From: Mobula hypostoma
Taxonomy: Eukaryota
Length of the DNA stretch: 64,000 bases
Direction: 5' to 3'
NCBI RefSeq assembly: GCF_963921235.1
Contig: NC_086097.1
Span: forward strand, 70,186,001-70,250,000
A program made the position numbers and the translations under genes. Numbering within the stretch: position 1 is the stretch's first letter; each line of letters opens with the position of its first letter. The notes below the pieces were generated by a model, which saw only the letters and a list, made by a program, of their open reading frames with translations, was not told the origin of the DNA and searched no databases. Positions 37,976 through 51,448 of the stretch are shown piece after piece.

Positions 37976-40900
37976 ACAATAAAGTAGAACTGGCTTAAAA
38001 TATATACAGGAGTCAACATTTTAAGAGTATTCCTAACCTATCATCACAGCTTATACCAATAGCAGAACCATCTTTTTCTAACAAAAACACACTATTTTCT
38101 TCATAATATTAGTTTTTCCTTCTAAGAAGCACATTAGCCTATTAGCATGTACATCTAGCTCACTAATTCTGAATTTCTTGGCTGGCCTGGACCAAAGCTA
38201 TAGTGGTTTTGTCGCACTGAAGTTTACAGCCAAAGCCCCAAACTAGAAATATGATTTGCTATTCTAAACAAATCAACATGACATCAAAAATTCCACTTGG
38301 AACTTTGATCCAAATTTGACATTTAATTATTAATAATGTAATTATTTTAATTTATTTAATTGGAGAAGTTCAGAATTTGTCAGAAATATGTTTTTGCTTA
38401 ATTAGTCACCATTAAACATCTTAATTTAAAAAAAACTGCAATTTGAATGTTCCAAAGAGTAAAAGTATAAAGAGCTTAGCTGAAATTCACAATGGATCGT
38501 TTCTTTGAAGGCAATAAAATATAAAAATGTATGTTTAGTAACTTGTTGCTATTGGAAATAAGGAACTTATTTGACTTGAACAACAAACCACTTGCAATTC
38601 AATACTGTTCAATCTTAAATGTCACCCTGAAAATATTTATTGTACTGGATTTAATATTTCTAACTTCAAATATTTCTGAATGCTAACTCCAAAACACCAA
38701 CAGTTCAGATCCAATGCCGTATGCCATTATCTACCCAAATTATCACTACCTAATCATCAATCCACATTATAGAAAAAAACAGAAAAAGACTGATATATGG
38801 CCAGTCAGACGATGCTAAGAATAGTGCTGACCAATTCAGCTAATAATGCACTTCTCATCTAAGCCCAAACCACAACTACTTTCAACTGCCTATGGGAATG
38901 GTTAACTTTCCAGTTAAGTATATGGTGACTAAAAAATGTTAAATCTTTTCCATGGATGAAAAACAGATGTTTTTAGCATTACTTATTTTTAAGTGGATAC
39001 TTATTAACATCCAAAGTTTTAAAAAGCTACTGTAATTCAAAACTGCCGCTCAGAGGCATTTATTATGAACCATCTCTCTGACAGTGAAAGATCTTTTTGA
39101 AAAGTTTTAACACCTTTCTTTCAACATTTAGAGATATATTTAGGATATATATAAAATCAATTGAATGAGTTCTTTGAAGACATAAAATATAAAGCATCAA
39201 TCTTTGTGATTGAAACAGAAATCTTACATTTCGTGTTTCAATAGTGCAGCCAGAAAAATGCCTTAAGATCAAGACAAACAAATCAACTGTCACCAGTTAT
39301 GCCCAAATTACAAAAATGTATTTTGGTGACCTTTTACATTTCACAGAGCAGTAACATAGCCATTACAGACAATCACATATTAGAGGAAAATTTATCTTAC
39401 ACTGATAAATTGTACAACATGTTAAACATCTGCACTGCATATTTAATAGGCTATAGGCCTGTCTTTGTCCCCAACTCAAAACATTTTTTCTTTTCAATAT
39501 GAACTCCATGCCATTCAAATCATCTATCATTATTTTCTGTCAATACAATCAAATGCAAGAACATTAAGCTGAAAGGCTCACCAGACCAAACACTTCATTT
39601 TGTCTTAAACAGAAGATCACCACTCTGATTTGTATCACCTCAACAGTTGCTATACATGGCCTGCACATGTCTCTTAATTCTCATTCTTCAACCAGAAAAG
39701 TTCCACTTTTGAAAACCTTCTCCCACTTCAAACTAATTGGTGCACTAAGAGAAGGAAAATTACTGCGTTTAAGCAACTTTTTGTATTGAAAAAATGTCAT
39801 TTTGTCCCATTTAAACTGGAAGTTGCAAAACTGTGCCCTTGACATACAGGCCCAAAATTTACTGGAAGTACATCACTGGTTAGTGTTGTCTTTAACACAG
39901 CATTGTGTCAATTTTTGTATCTGAAAGGCCAACTTATGGCACCAAAGCTTCAAAGTTCAATCTTGACCTATGTACAGACGGATCTTAGGCAATGAAATCC
40001 ATGCACACGAGTAAGCCAATGAAACAGCGAAGTAAAAATACCCTCTGACAGAATTCAGAATTCTAAAACTTTTAAAGCATTCAAATCTCTTGAAAAATTA
40101 AGATACTTAAAATTAAAAAGATTAAATTCCCAGAATATCATTAAGAAAAATACTGAAGCATACACAACTAAAACTGTAACTTGTGTAATCCATGTAAGGT
40201 CCAAATTTAGAACAGGACTGGAAAATTATCAGTACAGCACAACCAGTAAGTCTTGGACATCTGCATTCATGCAGGGTTCCCTAGTCTTGGCACCCAAAAT
40301 AAATCTACTTTTTCTAGAGCTAGAGAAGTTCTTGGCAATAATTGTGACAGGGTACTCCACGGGAAATTCACCTAAATCTCATTACAGTAAATACAGTTTA
40401 ATACTTGATGTTCTTATAAGTTCACTGATTTATGGCAGGATAAGGCACTGTGAGAGAAAGTAAGTTTATTTTATTCGTTCAGTCTTCCATAACTCTACAC
40501 TAACTACAATAACTTAGTGCTTTTAATTCCACTCTCCAGTGCTTCTACATCCTTGAAATGAGCACTGATAATTTTAATTTATCAATGTTTAAATGCATTT
40601 AATTGTTTATGTGTTTATGTATTATGTCAATTTGGTTGTCAACATTTTCAATTTAGTTAAAAACAATTTAGACATTCACAAACATTTGATTTCAGTAACA
40701 GTTTTGACTGATCAGCAAGTGAGGGCAGAAAAGTACATAACAATATTCAGTTTATTTCCTAAAGGAAAGAATGTTTCTGAAAGGAAGTCACATCAAATTT
40801 CATAAGTTTTCAAAGCTTAAGTGACATGTTACTGTTTACGTGGTGCTTAAAGGATGTACGGCTTCCAAGATTCACATTTTCAAAGGGATTTTTGCATATA

Positions 40901-41889
40901 ATTAAAGCTTATAAGAATGATAAGCATCTGCAATAGCACAATGCCCTTATTCAAAGAAGTTCAGCTTTCAAGAGAATGGTTCATGGAATGAGAACTTTGA
41001 AACAAAGGAGGCCACAAAAATATTTAGTTCTCTATCCAAGAAGATGAATATTTTTTTTTTTCCAAACCACTGTTTAAAGGAAGTCACTTGTTTAGATCTT
41101 CTCTTGCTCACTCTTGGAAGGCACAATTTGAAACACTGATCTCTGGTATTAATTCAAATACTCATTCTTCATATGCCATCATGTCATGAAAATGGGAGAA
41201 AACAAAGAAAATGAACCCATGTTAACTCAACTATACTGGACCACAGAGAGACCACTCAATTTTTACAGTGAGCACTGGCAGGAAGTACAGTATTCCACCA
41301 AATTCAGTTATCTGACCTTAATCCTGTTACTTTGTATGGTGAAGTTCTGTACCATAACTACCAACTGAGTTATCAGAGGAGCAAGACAATAATTTGGTAA
41401 ATATTTGCTTGGATATATGCTCCACTGAAATCTCCTCCACTTTTTCTTACCTAAAATTATCAATACAGTCCTTTATTTCTTTCTTCCTCATATACTGGTC
41501 CATTCTTCCCTTAAATACATCCACACAATTTGCTGCAAGCACACTGTGGTATCCAGATCCACCATCTGACCAGCTTAGCTGAAAAAAAAGCTACTGGATT
41601 TCTTGGTGATCATTTTATTCTGGTGGCTTTGAATTATGCTCATCCACACAAGTGGGATTATTTTCTCCACATAAACTCTGCAAAACCCTGACATAAGTCT
41701 AAAAGCTCCTATAAGAGGCCTCTATTGGTCAGGACAAAGAAAATCTCTTCCTGATAAACTCTCGTATTTCTAGTATCATTCCTACAATCATCTCTGTACC
41801 CATTCAATCCCCAAATATTCTTTTCATAGTCTGGCAACCAGAATTATTCAAGATTCCAAATGCAGACTAATCAAAGTTTGATGCAGGTT

Positions 41890-43275
41890 AAAACTGGAAT
41901 GGTTTTATTGTTGTCTCATATACCAATGTACAGTGAAATGCTTGTCTTGCATACTGGTCAGATAGATCAATTTGTTAAACAGTGCACAACAACAATGCAA
42001 AATAAAGTGCACCGGCTACAGAGAAAGTGCAGAGCAGGAAGGCAATACGGTGTAAGATAATAACAAAGTAGATTGTGAGGTTAAAGTACTAAGGACCTAT
42101 TCAATAGTCTAGTAACAGTGAGGTAGAAGTTGTCTTTGAGCCTGGTGTAATGTGTTTACCAGCTTTTATATCTACTGCTAGATGGGAGAGTGGAGAAGAG
42201 ACAATGTCCTGGAAAGGTTTGTGTCTTGGATTAAGCTGGCTGTTTTATTGAGACAGTGAGAAGTGTAGACAGAGTCCACAGAGAGGAGGCTGGAGATAGT
42301 GATGTGCTGAGTTGTATCCACAGTTCTCTGCAACCTCTTGTGGTCACTAGGGTCATGGGCAGATCAGGTGCCCATACCAAGCTGTAACGCATCCGGATGG
42401 GGTGCTTTCTACGTTACATCAATAAAAATTGGTAAGGGTTGACAGGGACATGCCAAATTTCTTTAGCCTCATGAGGAAGCAGTGGCATTGGTGAGCATTT
42501 CTGGCCATGGCTATTGGTAATGTTTACTCCTGGAAACTTGATACTCTCAACCCCCTTAACCTCAGCACTATTGATGAACATAGCAGCATGTGCACCACCC
42601 CCTTCATGAAGTAAATAACCAGCTCTTTTTGATTGCTAGCATCTTTGTTGTGTTCAGTTTTTCAATCATTCTATTGCATTTCTTTTTACATACTGTGAAT
42701 GCCTGCAAGAAAATGAATTTCAGGGTAGTATATGGTTACACATGCACTTTGATAATAAATTTACTTTGAACTTTTGAGGGAAAGGTTGTTGTCATAACAC
42801 CATGTTACTAAACTCTCTATCTACTCATGTATTCTAACACATCATTATTTGAGGTACAGCCCGCTGTAGTGGTATCATCTACAAACATGTAAATGAAGTT
42901 AAAGGAGAATCTGGCCACGCAGTCATGAGAGTACAGGTAATAAGGTAATGGACTGAGGACAAAACCTTGTGGAGCAACAGCATTTAGAATAAGTGTGTCA
43001 GAAATGCTGCTGCCTATCCTTACTGACTGTGGTCTGTTTATCATAAAATCAAGGATCCAGTTGCAGAGGGAGATGCTGACTCCAAGGTCTCAGTCTGGTG
43101 ATGAGATTGCTTGGAATTATACTATTGAAGGTGGAACTGTAGTCAATGAACAATAGTCTAACATAGGTGTATTTGGTGGTAGGCAAATTGCAGTAGGGCA
43201 AACTTGCCCGAGAAGTTGGAGTTAATATACGCCATGCCCAGCCTCTTGAAGCACTTCATGATGGTGGATGGCAGA
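41890..43275 (-). mobile_element. Rex1/Babar LINE fragment
   Basis: NRPQSVRIG...[10 protein letters not shown]...FVDDTT (ORF 42817..43044); contains an inserted plus-strand Rex-type tail ~42640-42775. Confidence 0.8.
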
Positions 43276-44164
43276 GCAGTTGTCATTAAGGTGGAGCTTA
43301 ACTTCCTTTCTTTTCAATTCTATACATCCAGAAATAAACCACACGGCTTGGTTTCCTGTGTCTTAATGAATTTACCTACCTGTGCCATAAGATTTAGTGA
43401 TGGTATTATTTGTACTCCAATATTCCTTGTTTCATCTACAACCCCTACTTACACACCTTTCAAGTGAAATGACTTCACTATACCTCCTATGAAAATGCTC
43501 TCTCTCACATTTACCTGTATGGAAGCTGATTTGTTAATTATTCATTCATTGACATCCTCCTACAATTCATAGCAGTCCTCCAAGGTAATAACTATCAACA
43601 GCACTCTTCATATTTCCCCAACATAATTAGCTATCGTTCACAAATTTATGTTTCTGATTCCAGTATCTGAATTATTAATGTAATCTGTGAACAGTAACAA
43701 CCCCAACATTGATTCTTGTGGAACACTACTATCAGATTTTGCCACAGGGAAAGCTATCTCATTTCCCCATTTTCCATCTTGCAGCTGGCAAGCAATCCAG
43801 TATCGTTCTCATTCCCAACCTCCACATTCTCCCACCTTATTCGTTAGTCTTTTATAGGATAGTTTATTAAAGGCTATTTTGAATGTCTTTTATTATCTGC
43901 TTTTGGAATCTGGAATCATCAAAATTTATCTGAGTGGCATAAAAAGTCAATGAAAAGCAACACAATAAAGGTGTATGTTTGCCACAATTACACATAGGAG
44001 AATTTTAGCAGCTGGTGGTCAGGCTCTAAATCAAAGTATCATTTTATACGTTAGGAAAATGGAACTGAGGTTAGAGCCAATGTCATGATCTTTTCTCTGA
44101 TCACATGACTGCTCAAACCATAAAATAGAATTATCCGTTTGTCAAGCCACACCATGAAAGCATG

Positions 44165-45228
44165 GAGGAGCTATCATGAACTCCCAAAGCCCCTGATGAT
44201 CTTATGATTTCAGTCTCTGAAGCTGACATGTGAGCAGCCTTTAGGACGGTGAACCTACAGAAAGCAATGGCCCAGACGGGTACTTGGCCAAGTATTAAAA
44301 ACCTGTGCCAATCAATAGGCTGGAGTGTTCACTGATATCTTTAAACACATGCTTTGGCAGTCTGAGGTACCCACCTGCTTCAAGCAGCATCAATTATACT
44401 TGTTCCCAAGAAAAACATGGCAACCTGTCTCAATGATGATTGTCCTGTTGTACTTACATCCGCAGTGATAATGTGTTTTAAGAGGTTGGTGATGAAACAT
44501 ATCAACTCCTGCCTGAGAAGCGACTTGGATCTGCTCCAATTTCCCTACCAGTGCAGCAGATACTATTTCAATGGCTCTTCACTCAAACCTGGAACATCTG
44601 GATCGCAAAGATGCATACATCAGGATGCAACACACATAAAAGTTGCTGGTGAACGCAGCAGGCCAGGCAGCACCTCTGGGAAGAGGTACAGTCGACGTTT
44701 CAGGCCAAGACCCTTCGTCAGGATGCTCTTTATTGACTACACTCAATACTACCATTCCCTTAAAACTAATCAATAAGCTTCAAGACTTTGGCCTCAATAC
44801 AACGCTGTGCAATTGGATCCTCACTTGCAGACCCCAGTCAGTTCAGACTGGCAACAACATGTCCTCTATGATCTCCATCGGCACAGATGCACCACAAGGC
44901 TGTGTACTTAGCCCCCTGCTCTACTTGTTTTATACATACGACTGTGTGGCTAAGCACAGCTCCAATGCCATATTTAAGTCTGCTGACATCATCACTGTCG
45001 TAGGCCGAATCAAAAGTGGTGATGAATCAGCATACAGGAGAGAACAACTTCTTACTCAATGTCAGCAAGTCCAAGGAGCTGATTATTGACTTCAAGAGAA
45101 GGAAACCAGAGGTCCATGAGCCAGTCCTCATTGGGGAAATTAGAGGTGGAGAGTCTCAGCAACTTTAAATTCCTCAGTGTTATCTTTCTGGAAGACCTGT
45201 CCTGGGCCCAGCACCCAAGTGCAATTCT
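44165..45228 (+). mobile_element. Rex1/Babar LINE fragment
   Basis: [45 protein letters not shown] motifs. Confidence 0.85.
44629..44717 (-). mobile_element. Short Penelope-like hammerhead-repeat insertion inside Rex1
   Basis: Flanked by tcaggatgc (44620-44628, 44718-44726); removing it restores DAYIRMLFIDY. Confidence 0.85.
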
Positions 45229-45748
45229 GATCTTGCCATCGATATCAATATCTAGCAAGTCAACGTAAAAGATATACAAATTATGCATTTTACAGTCATT
45301 CTATTTTTAACTATAGATGATCAGTTTCTCAGGACTTTGAGAAGCTATGCAGACTAGCTTAATGCATGATAAGGACTACCCATCCACCAGAAGTGCTTCT
45401 TCCAGCCATAACAAGGCCTGCCTTGTCCACCACAATCAATCTGCATTTGTCACTTTCCCAATTTATCACAACTCTCACTTGTCTCACGTCCAACACAAAC
45501 ATCTTTACCAAACTGACCACAGCTGTCAATCATAGGGATCATCGACATATGAGAGAGGAACTTCTTCAGAAGGTTCTAAGTGCTTGAAATTCTTTGTCCC
45601 ACAAGGCTGCATATCCAAGAATAGTCAAAGTGGAGATCAGTAGACGTCTAGGCCCTAGAAATGGGGCAAAGCTGTAAAATGTAAAAGCTCATACATCAAA
45701 GTTGCTGGTAAACGCAGCAGGCCAAGCAGCATCTGTAGGAAGAGGTGC

Positions 45749-45784
45749 GGTCGACATTTCAGGCCGAGACCCTTCGTCAGGACT
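45749..45784 (-). ncRNA. Minimal hammerhead ribozyme motif (sense to SCFD1 pre-mRNA)
   Basis: Minus strand reads AGUC CUGACGA AGGGUCUCGGCCU GAAAU GUC GACC. Confidence 0.6.
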
Positions 45785-46862
45785 AACTGAAGGAAGAGTG
45801 AGTAAGGGACTTGAAAGTTGGAGGGGGAGGGGGAGATCCAAAATGATAGGAGAAGACAGGAGGGGGAGGGATAGAGCCGAGAGCTGGACAGGTGATAGGC
45901 AAAAGGGGATACGAGAGGATCATGGGACAGGAGGTCCGGGAAGAAAGATGGGGGGGGGGGGTGACCCAGAGGATGGGCAAGAGGTATATTCAGAGGGACA
46001 GAGGGAGAAAAAGGAGAGTGAGAGAAAGAATGTGTGCATAAAAATGAGTAACAGATGGGGTACGAGGGGGAGGTGGGGCCTTAGCGGAAGTTAGAGAAGT
46101 CGATGTTCATGCCATCAGGTTGGAGGCTACCCAGACGGAATATAAGGTGTTGTTCCTCCAACCTGAGTGTGGCTTCATCTTTACAGTAGAGGAGGCCGTG
46201 GATAGACATGTCAGAATGGGAATGGGATGTGGAATTAAAATGTGTGGCCACTGGGAGATCCTGCTTTCTCTGGCGGACAGAGCGTAGATGTTCAGCAAAG
46301 CGGTCTCCCAGTCTGCGTCGGGTCTCACCAATATATAAAAGGCCACATCGGGAGCATCTACGCTCTGTCCGCCAGTGAAAGAAGGGTCTCCCAGTGGCCA
46401 CACATTTTAATTCCACATCCCATTCCCATTCTGACATGTCTATCCACGGCCTCCTCTACTGTAAAGATGAAGCCACACTCAGGTTGGAGGAACAACACCT
46501 TATATTCCGTCTGGGTAGCCTCCAACCTGATGGCATGAACATTGACTTCTCTAACTTCCGCTAAGACCCCACCTCCCCGTCGTACCCCATCTGTTACTCA
46601 TTTTTATGCACACATTCTTTCTCTCACTCTCCTTTTTCTCCCTCTGTCCCTCTGAATACACCTCTTGCCCATCCTCTGGGTCACCACCCCCCTCCTTGTC
46701 TTTCTTCCCGGACCTCCTGTCCCATGATCCTCTCATATCCCCTTTTGCCTATCACCTGTCCAGCTCTCGGCTCTATCCCTCCCCCTCCTGTCTTCTCCTA
46801 TCATTTTGGATCTCCCCCTCCCCCTCCAACTTTCAAATCCCTTACTCACTCTTCCTTCAGTT

Positions 46863-46898
46863 AGTCCTGACGAAGGGTCTCGGCCTGAAATGTCGACT
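46863..46898 (+). ncRNA. Minimal hammerhead ribozyme motif
   Basis: AGUC CUGACGA AGGGUCUCGGCCU GAAAU GUC GACU. Confidence 0.65.
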
Positions 46899-47479
46899 GC
46901 ACCTCTTCCTACAGATGCTGCTTGGCCTGCTGCGTTCACCAGCAACTTTGATGTATGTTGCTTGAATTTCCAGCATCTGTAGAATTCCTGTTGTTTGAAA
47001 TGTAAAAGCTCAACCATGTTCTAAGCAATGAGAGATCAGGCTCGATTCTACATATGGCCATGCTTGAAACTATTTATTATATAAACGTATAACAATAATA
47101 GCACAGAAACAGGCCATCTCGGCCCTTCTAGTCCGTGCCAAATTATTACTCTCACTATTTAATTATGCTTCGGCCAGTGCAGTAGTCCTTATTTAAGTAA
47201 GTACTGAAATCAATTCTAGACAGTTAGTTATTTCATCAATATCAGTTTTAAAACCCTAATATATCTTAAACATGTACTGTAATTCAAATTTCTAATTTGC
47301 AATACTATATAAAAGACTTACAATGGCAAAAAAAAATTGCAATTAAGGAACTGGCCTTTCAGTCTGAGGAATGCTTCAAAGTGTCATTCAACGCATACAG
47401 TCATGCTGAATAAAATAAATTTGCTGTAGCATCACATCACCATCTACTGGCAATTTTAAGAGGAACAAACTCCTACTCC

Positions 47480-48575
47480 TCAGAATGAATACATTACTGT
47501 GCAACTGGATGTTGGACTTCCTAACCAACAGATCACAGATCGTCAGGATGGACAACCAGTGCCCCCCAGGGCTGCATAATGAACCCACTGCTGTGCACTC
47601 TGCTCACATGCGACTGCATGGCCAAACACCCGAGCAATCATACTGTCAGGTTGGCCACGGACACAACAATCATCGATGAGATGGCCTACAGAGAGGAATT
47701 GGAAGGGCTGGAGGCCTAGTGCCAGGCAAGTAACCTCTTCCTAATGTTAACAAGACAAAGCAGATGGTTATCGACCTCAGGAGAACTTGCACACTCACTC
47801 CCCTCTTTACATCAATGGCACGGCAGTGAAAACTACGAGTTGTTTCAAACTCCAGGGAGTGCACATCACACACAACCTCTCATTGTCCCAGAACATATTC
47901 TACACAACAGGAAAACTTACCAATGCTGTTTTTTTTCCCTGAGGATGCAGAGGAGATATGGACTATACACATTTATTCTCACATCCTTTTATAGATACAC
48001 AGTGGAGAGCATCCAAACATGCTGCATTACTACATGGTATGGAAGTTGCACTGTGGTAGACAGGAAAGCTCTACAATGGGTAATCAAGACTGCCCAATGC
48101 ATCATCGACAGCAGACTACCTACCATCAAGGAGATATATATATACAGAAAGGTGCTGCAAAAATGTCAGTAATATCATGAAGGATTGCACCCACCCTGCT
48201 CATAGACTGTTTGTTCCACTCCCATCAGGGAGGAGGCTACTTAGCATCCCATCAGGACCACCAGACTCAAAAACAGTTACTTTCTCCAGGCAGTAAAGCT
48301 GATCAACACCTCCACCCACTAACCCACCCTTCCATACTCCCACCACTACTACTTTTCCATTTCCTGTCAGTCTCCTTATGTATACACTCCTGTGTCTTTA
48401 TGGACACACAATCAACATATGCACATAAGCTACCTTAAGTATTTATTTTTACTGTGTTTTTTTATTAATGTTGCTCTTATCTTATTGTGCTTCTTTTGGT
48501 GCTGCATCGGATCCAGAGTAACAATTATTTCATTTTCTTTTACACTTGTGTTCTGGAAATGAATGTTGAATCTTA
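47480..48575 (+). mobile_element. Rex1/Babar LINE 3' fragment
   Basis: LCNWMLDFLTNRSQIVR, FYRYTVESIQTCCITTWYGSC, ALQWVIKTAQ. Confidence 0.82.
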
Positions 48576-49519
48576 ATAATGACATAAAAATTATAATTTG
48601 AGAAATAGACACAGGAGTACACCATTCTGCTGTTTTATTTAATATCATAGCTGATCCTTTATCTTCGATGTGCTTCTCTGCACTGACTCAGTATTGTTTT
48701 ATTCTCTTAATATCTATCACTTACTGAATTAATGTTCATCTATCTAGTGTATCTTGCCACGTTTCTCATTGGATTTGGCTCTACACATTTGAAGTGTCAG
48801 AATATTCTCTGATATTGCAGGAAGAGTGAATTATAAACAGTGTGACATATACAACAGGACATTTGGGATCTAGTTTAGCAGCAGAATAAAAGCATATCTA
48901 CTTAATGATTCACAGTAAACAGTTAAGAAATAAACAAGATAGCAATTTGAGTGGGTGAATTCAATGTCAAATCAGGTGCAGACGGAGAATTGGAAAGAAA
49001 GACGTGGATGAAAAACTGGATGCAAGAAAAAAAGTAAAAGAAATCAATGAAATGAAATATTCCCTCTGTTTCTGACAATACAGGAAATAACTTCATTTCA
49101 TAGTCCAGTGAGATGGTTTGATAGGCACCGACTATTCCTATTTTAATTAAGAGCATGTTTACATTGTCAAATAGTAGACAACTTCCCATGGCACGTTTAA
49201 GAAAGTACATTCTTGAAAGATAATGGGGAGATTAGACATGTGACATTGTTTTAGGAAAGCTAATTGAGCAGTGCAAAATAACACAGTGAATCATAACTTT
49301 TGTAGCTTCTCTTTCTTGATACAAGCTGCCAATCAATGTGCACATTATAATGCAAATGTGTCCTTCAGACAAGGACTTGTCTGAAGGACTATTAAAACTT
49401 GGGATGGTTATCAGTTAATATTTTTATTGTATTATAACTCAATATCTGTGTACTTAATTGCTATTAAACAGCATCATCATCAGGATCAAAGCAAAGTGTT
49501 GACACAGTTGTTTTCTTAC

Positions 49520-49619
49520 CAGCACATCATGAACCAGGGCTTGGTATGTCCATGTATGATGCAATGGAGTTGCTAAATCTATATTCCTGTCGACAAGGAC
49601 TAATAATGGTCTTTGGAAA
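49520..49619 (-). CDS. SCFD1: SCFD1 coding exon (probable exon 10)
   Basis: (S)[33 protein letters not shown]; cag acceptor, gtaag donor; 100 nt. Confidence 0.95.
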
Positions 49620-49667
49620 CTGTGGTAGAAACAAAAGGAACAAAAATATAAGATGATACGTGAATTG

Positions 49668-49972
49668 AATCAGAATCAGGATCAGGTCTCTTATCACCGG
49701 CATGTGACGTGAAGTTTGTTAACTGAGCAGCAGCAGTTTAATGCAAAACATAATAGAGAAGAAAAAAGACAACAAAATAAAATAATAATAAATAAATCAA
49801 TTACAGTATACGTATATTGAATAGATTAAAAATCATGCAAAAACAGAAATACTATATATTAAAAAGCAAGGTAGTGTCCAAGGGTTCAATGTCCATTTTG
49901 GAATCAGGTGGCAGAGGGGAAGCTGTTCCTGAATCGCTGAGTGTGTGCTTTCAGGCTTTTGTACCTCCTATA
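49668..49972 (-). mobile_element. Rex-type LINE 3' end
   Basis: Tail (ctgatt)n seen as aatcagaatcagg on the plus strand; coding end caggaacagcttcccc. Confidence 0.6.
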
Positions 49973-49989
49973 AATTGGACTAAGAAGCT

Positions 49990-50758
49990 ACTCACTTGTC
50001 AACATGTTTCAACAAAAGCTACCACATCCGCGTGAAGGAAATCCGGCTGCAGCCTTTTGAAGACCGTGTTAGGGATCTGGAGCAGCAACTGGATGACCTT
50101 CGGCTTGTACGGGAGAGCGAGGGTATAATTGATCAAAGCTACAGGGAAGTAGTCACCCCAAAGTTGCATGAGGTGAGTAGCTGGGAGACTGTCAGGAGAA
50201 ATGGAAATAGGCAATTAAAGCAGAGCACCCCTGTGGCCATTCCCCTCAAAAGCAAGTATACTGCTTTGGATACTTTTGTGGGGGATGACCTCCCGGGAGA
50301 ACGCCACACTGACCGGGTTGCAGGCATGGACCATGGGTCCATGGTGCAGAAGGGAAAGAGAGAGAAGAAGGGAGCAGTAGCGATAGGGGACTCAACAGTG
50401 AGGGGAACAGACCGGAGATTCTCTGGATGTGAATGGGACCCTGAATGGCATGCTGCCTTCCAGGTGTCAGGGATGTCTCAGATCACCTTCCACAACATTT
50501 TGGAGAAGGAAGGGAGCAGCCACATGACTTGGTACATATTGGTACTAATGAAGGAAAAGCAATCAGGTCCTGAAAAGAGAATTTAGAGAGCTAGGTGGTA
50601 GAAAGCTGAGAAGCAGGACCTCCCAGGTAGTAATTTCTGGATTGCTGCTTGTGCCACATGCCAGTGAGGGTAGAAACAAGAAGATTTGGCAGGTAAATGC
50701 GCGGCTGAGAAGCTGGTGCAGAGGGCAGAGCTTCAGGTTCTTGGATCACTGGGATCTC
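49990..50758 (+). mobile_element. CR1 ORF1 fragment (coiled-coil plus SGNH/GDSL esterase-like domain)
   Basis: LEQQLDDLRLVRE, VAIPLKSKYTALDT, AIGDSTVRG; downstream ttcaggttcttggatcactggg (FRFLDHW). Confidence 0.82.
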
Positions 50759-51362
50759 TGTCTATTTCTGCCTATCATACAGTGATCAAATTATATAAAT
50801 GTACCCTTTATCAAAACAAAATTAAAAAATTACCGTCAAGATCAAAATCCTAGAAACACCCAACAAAACTATCTTCTCCTTATAATGACACAAGAACAGC
50901 CTTATAGCATAATACATCCATGGAGGTTTGCAGGGGTACAATCCTATTAGATTCATTACCTTTCTCCTTATTTTCCTGCACTACTGCAGTTTATTCACTC
51001 TCACACATGCCATCAGCATTTGTCATTAACTTGTATTACAGTAGCCTATTAACCTCCCAGCATGTCTTTGGCAAGTGGGATGAAATCAGAACACTCGCAG
51101 AAAACCCACATGGTCACCAGGAGAACAACTAAGCCTCACACAGACAGTACCAGGGTTAGAATCAGAATTGTGTTCCAGAAGCTATGAGGTAACAGCACTA
51201 ATGACAGTGTCACTATGCCAGCAATGCCTTATCATGCAGATGTACAAAAAGTGAAAACAGGTACTGTTATATAGCTTACTTAAGCAATGTTAAACTGCAG
51301 AAAACCTATTAGTTATAACCCAAAGCTTCCTTTTTGTACAGAGTTAATTTACTGAATTGTAC

Positions 51363-51448
51363 CTGAATTGTCCTCCACTAAGATTATCACCTGTGAAGAG
51401 ACTATTTCTGGCATCTCGTAGATTTTCTCGCAGTTTCTTATCTAATTT
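51363..51448 (-). CDS. SCFD1: SCFD1 coding exon (probable exon 9)
   Basis: KLDKKLRENLRDARNSLFTGDNLSGGQF; cag acceptor, gtac donor; 86 nt. Confidence 0.95.

Larger units (their letters stand above)
45692..46997. mobile_element. Penelope-like element, inverted duplication of GIY-YIG C-terminus, 3'UTR and hammerhead repeat
   Basis: CSRCGLLYIGETRRRLGDRFAEH...PVATHFN...EQHLIFRLGSLQPDGMN; arms ~45691-46290 and 46355-46956; 15-bp TSD aaatgtaaaagctca (45677-45691, 46998-47012). Confidence 0.92.

Noticed and set aside
37980..41880. Many 60-80 aa ORFs in AT-rich intron sequence
   Set aside because: No recognisable motifs or splice context; consistent with random ORFs.
46081..46437. 118-aa GIY-YIG ORF as a stand-alone nuclease gene
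   Set aside because: Its N-terminus is antisense sequence from the other arm; it is a chimera created by the inversion and lacks the first half of the motif.
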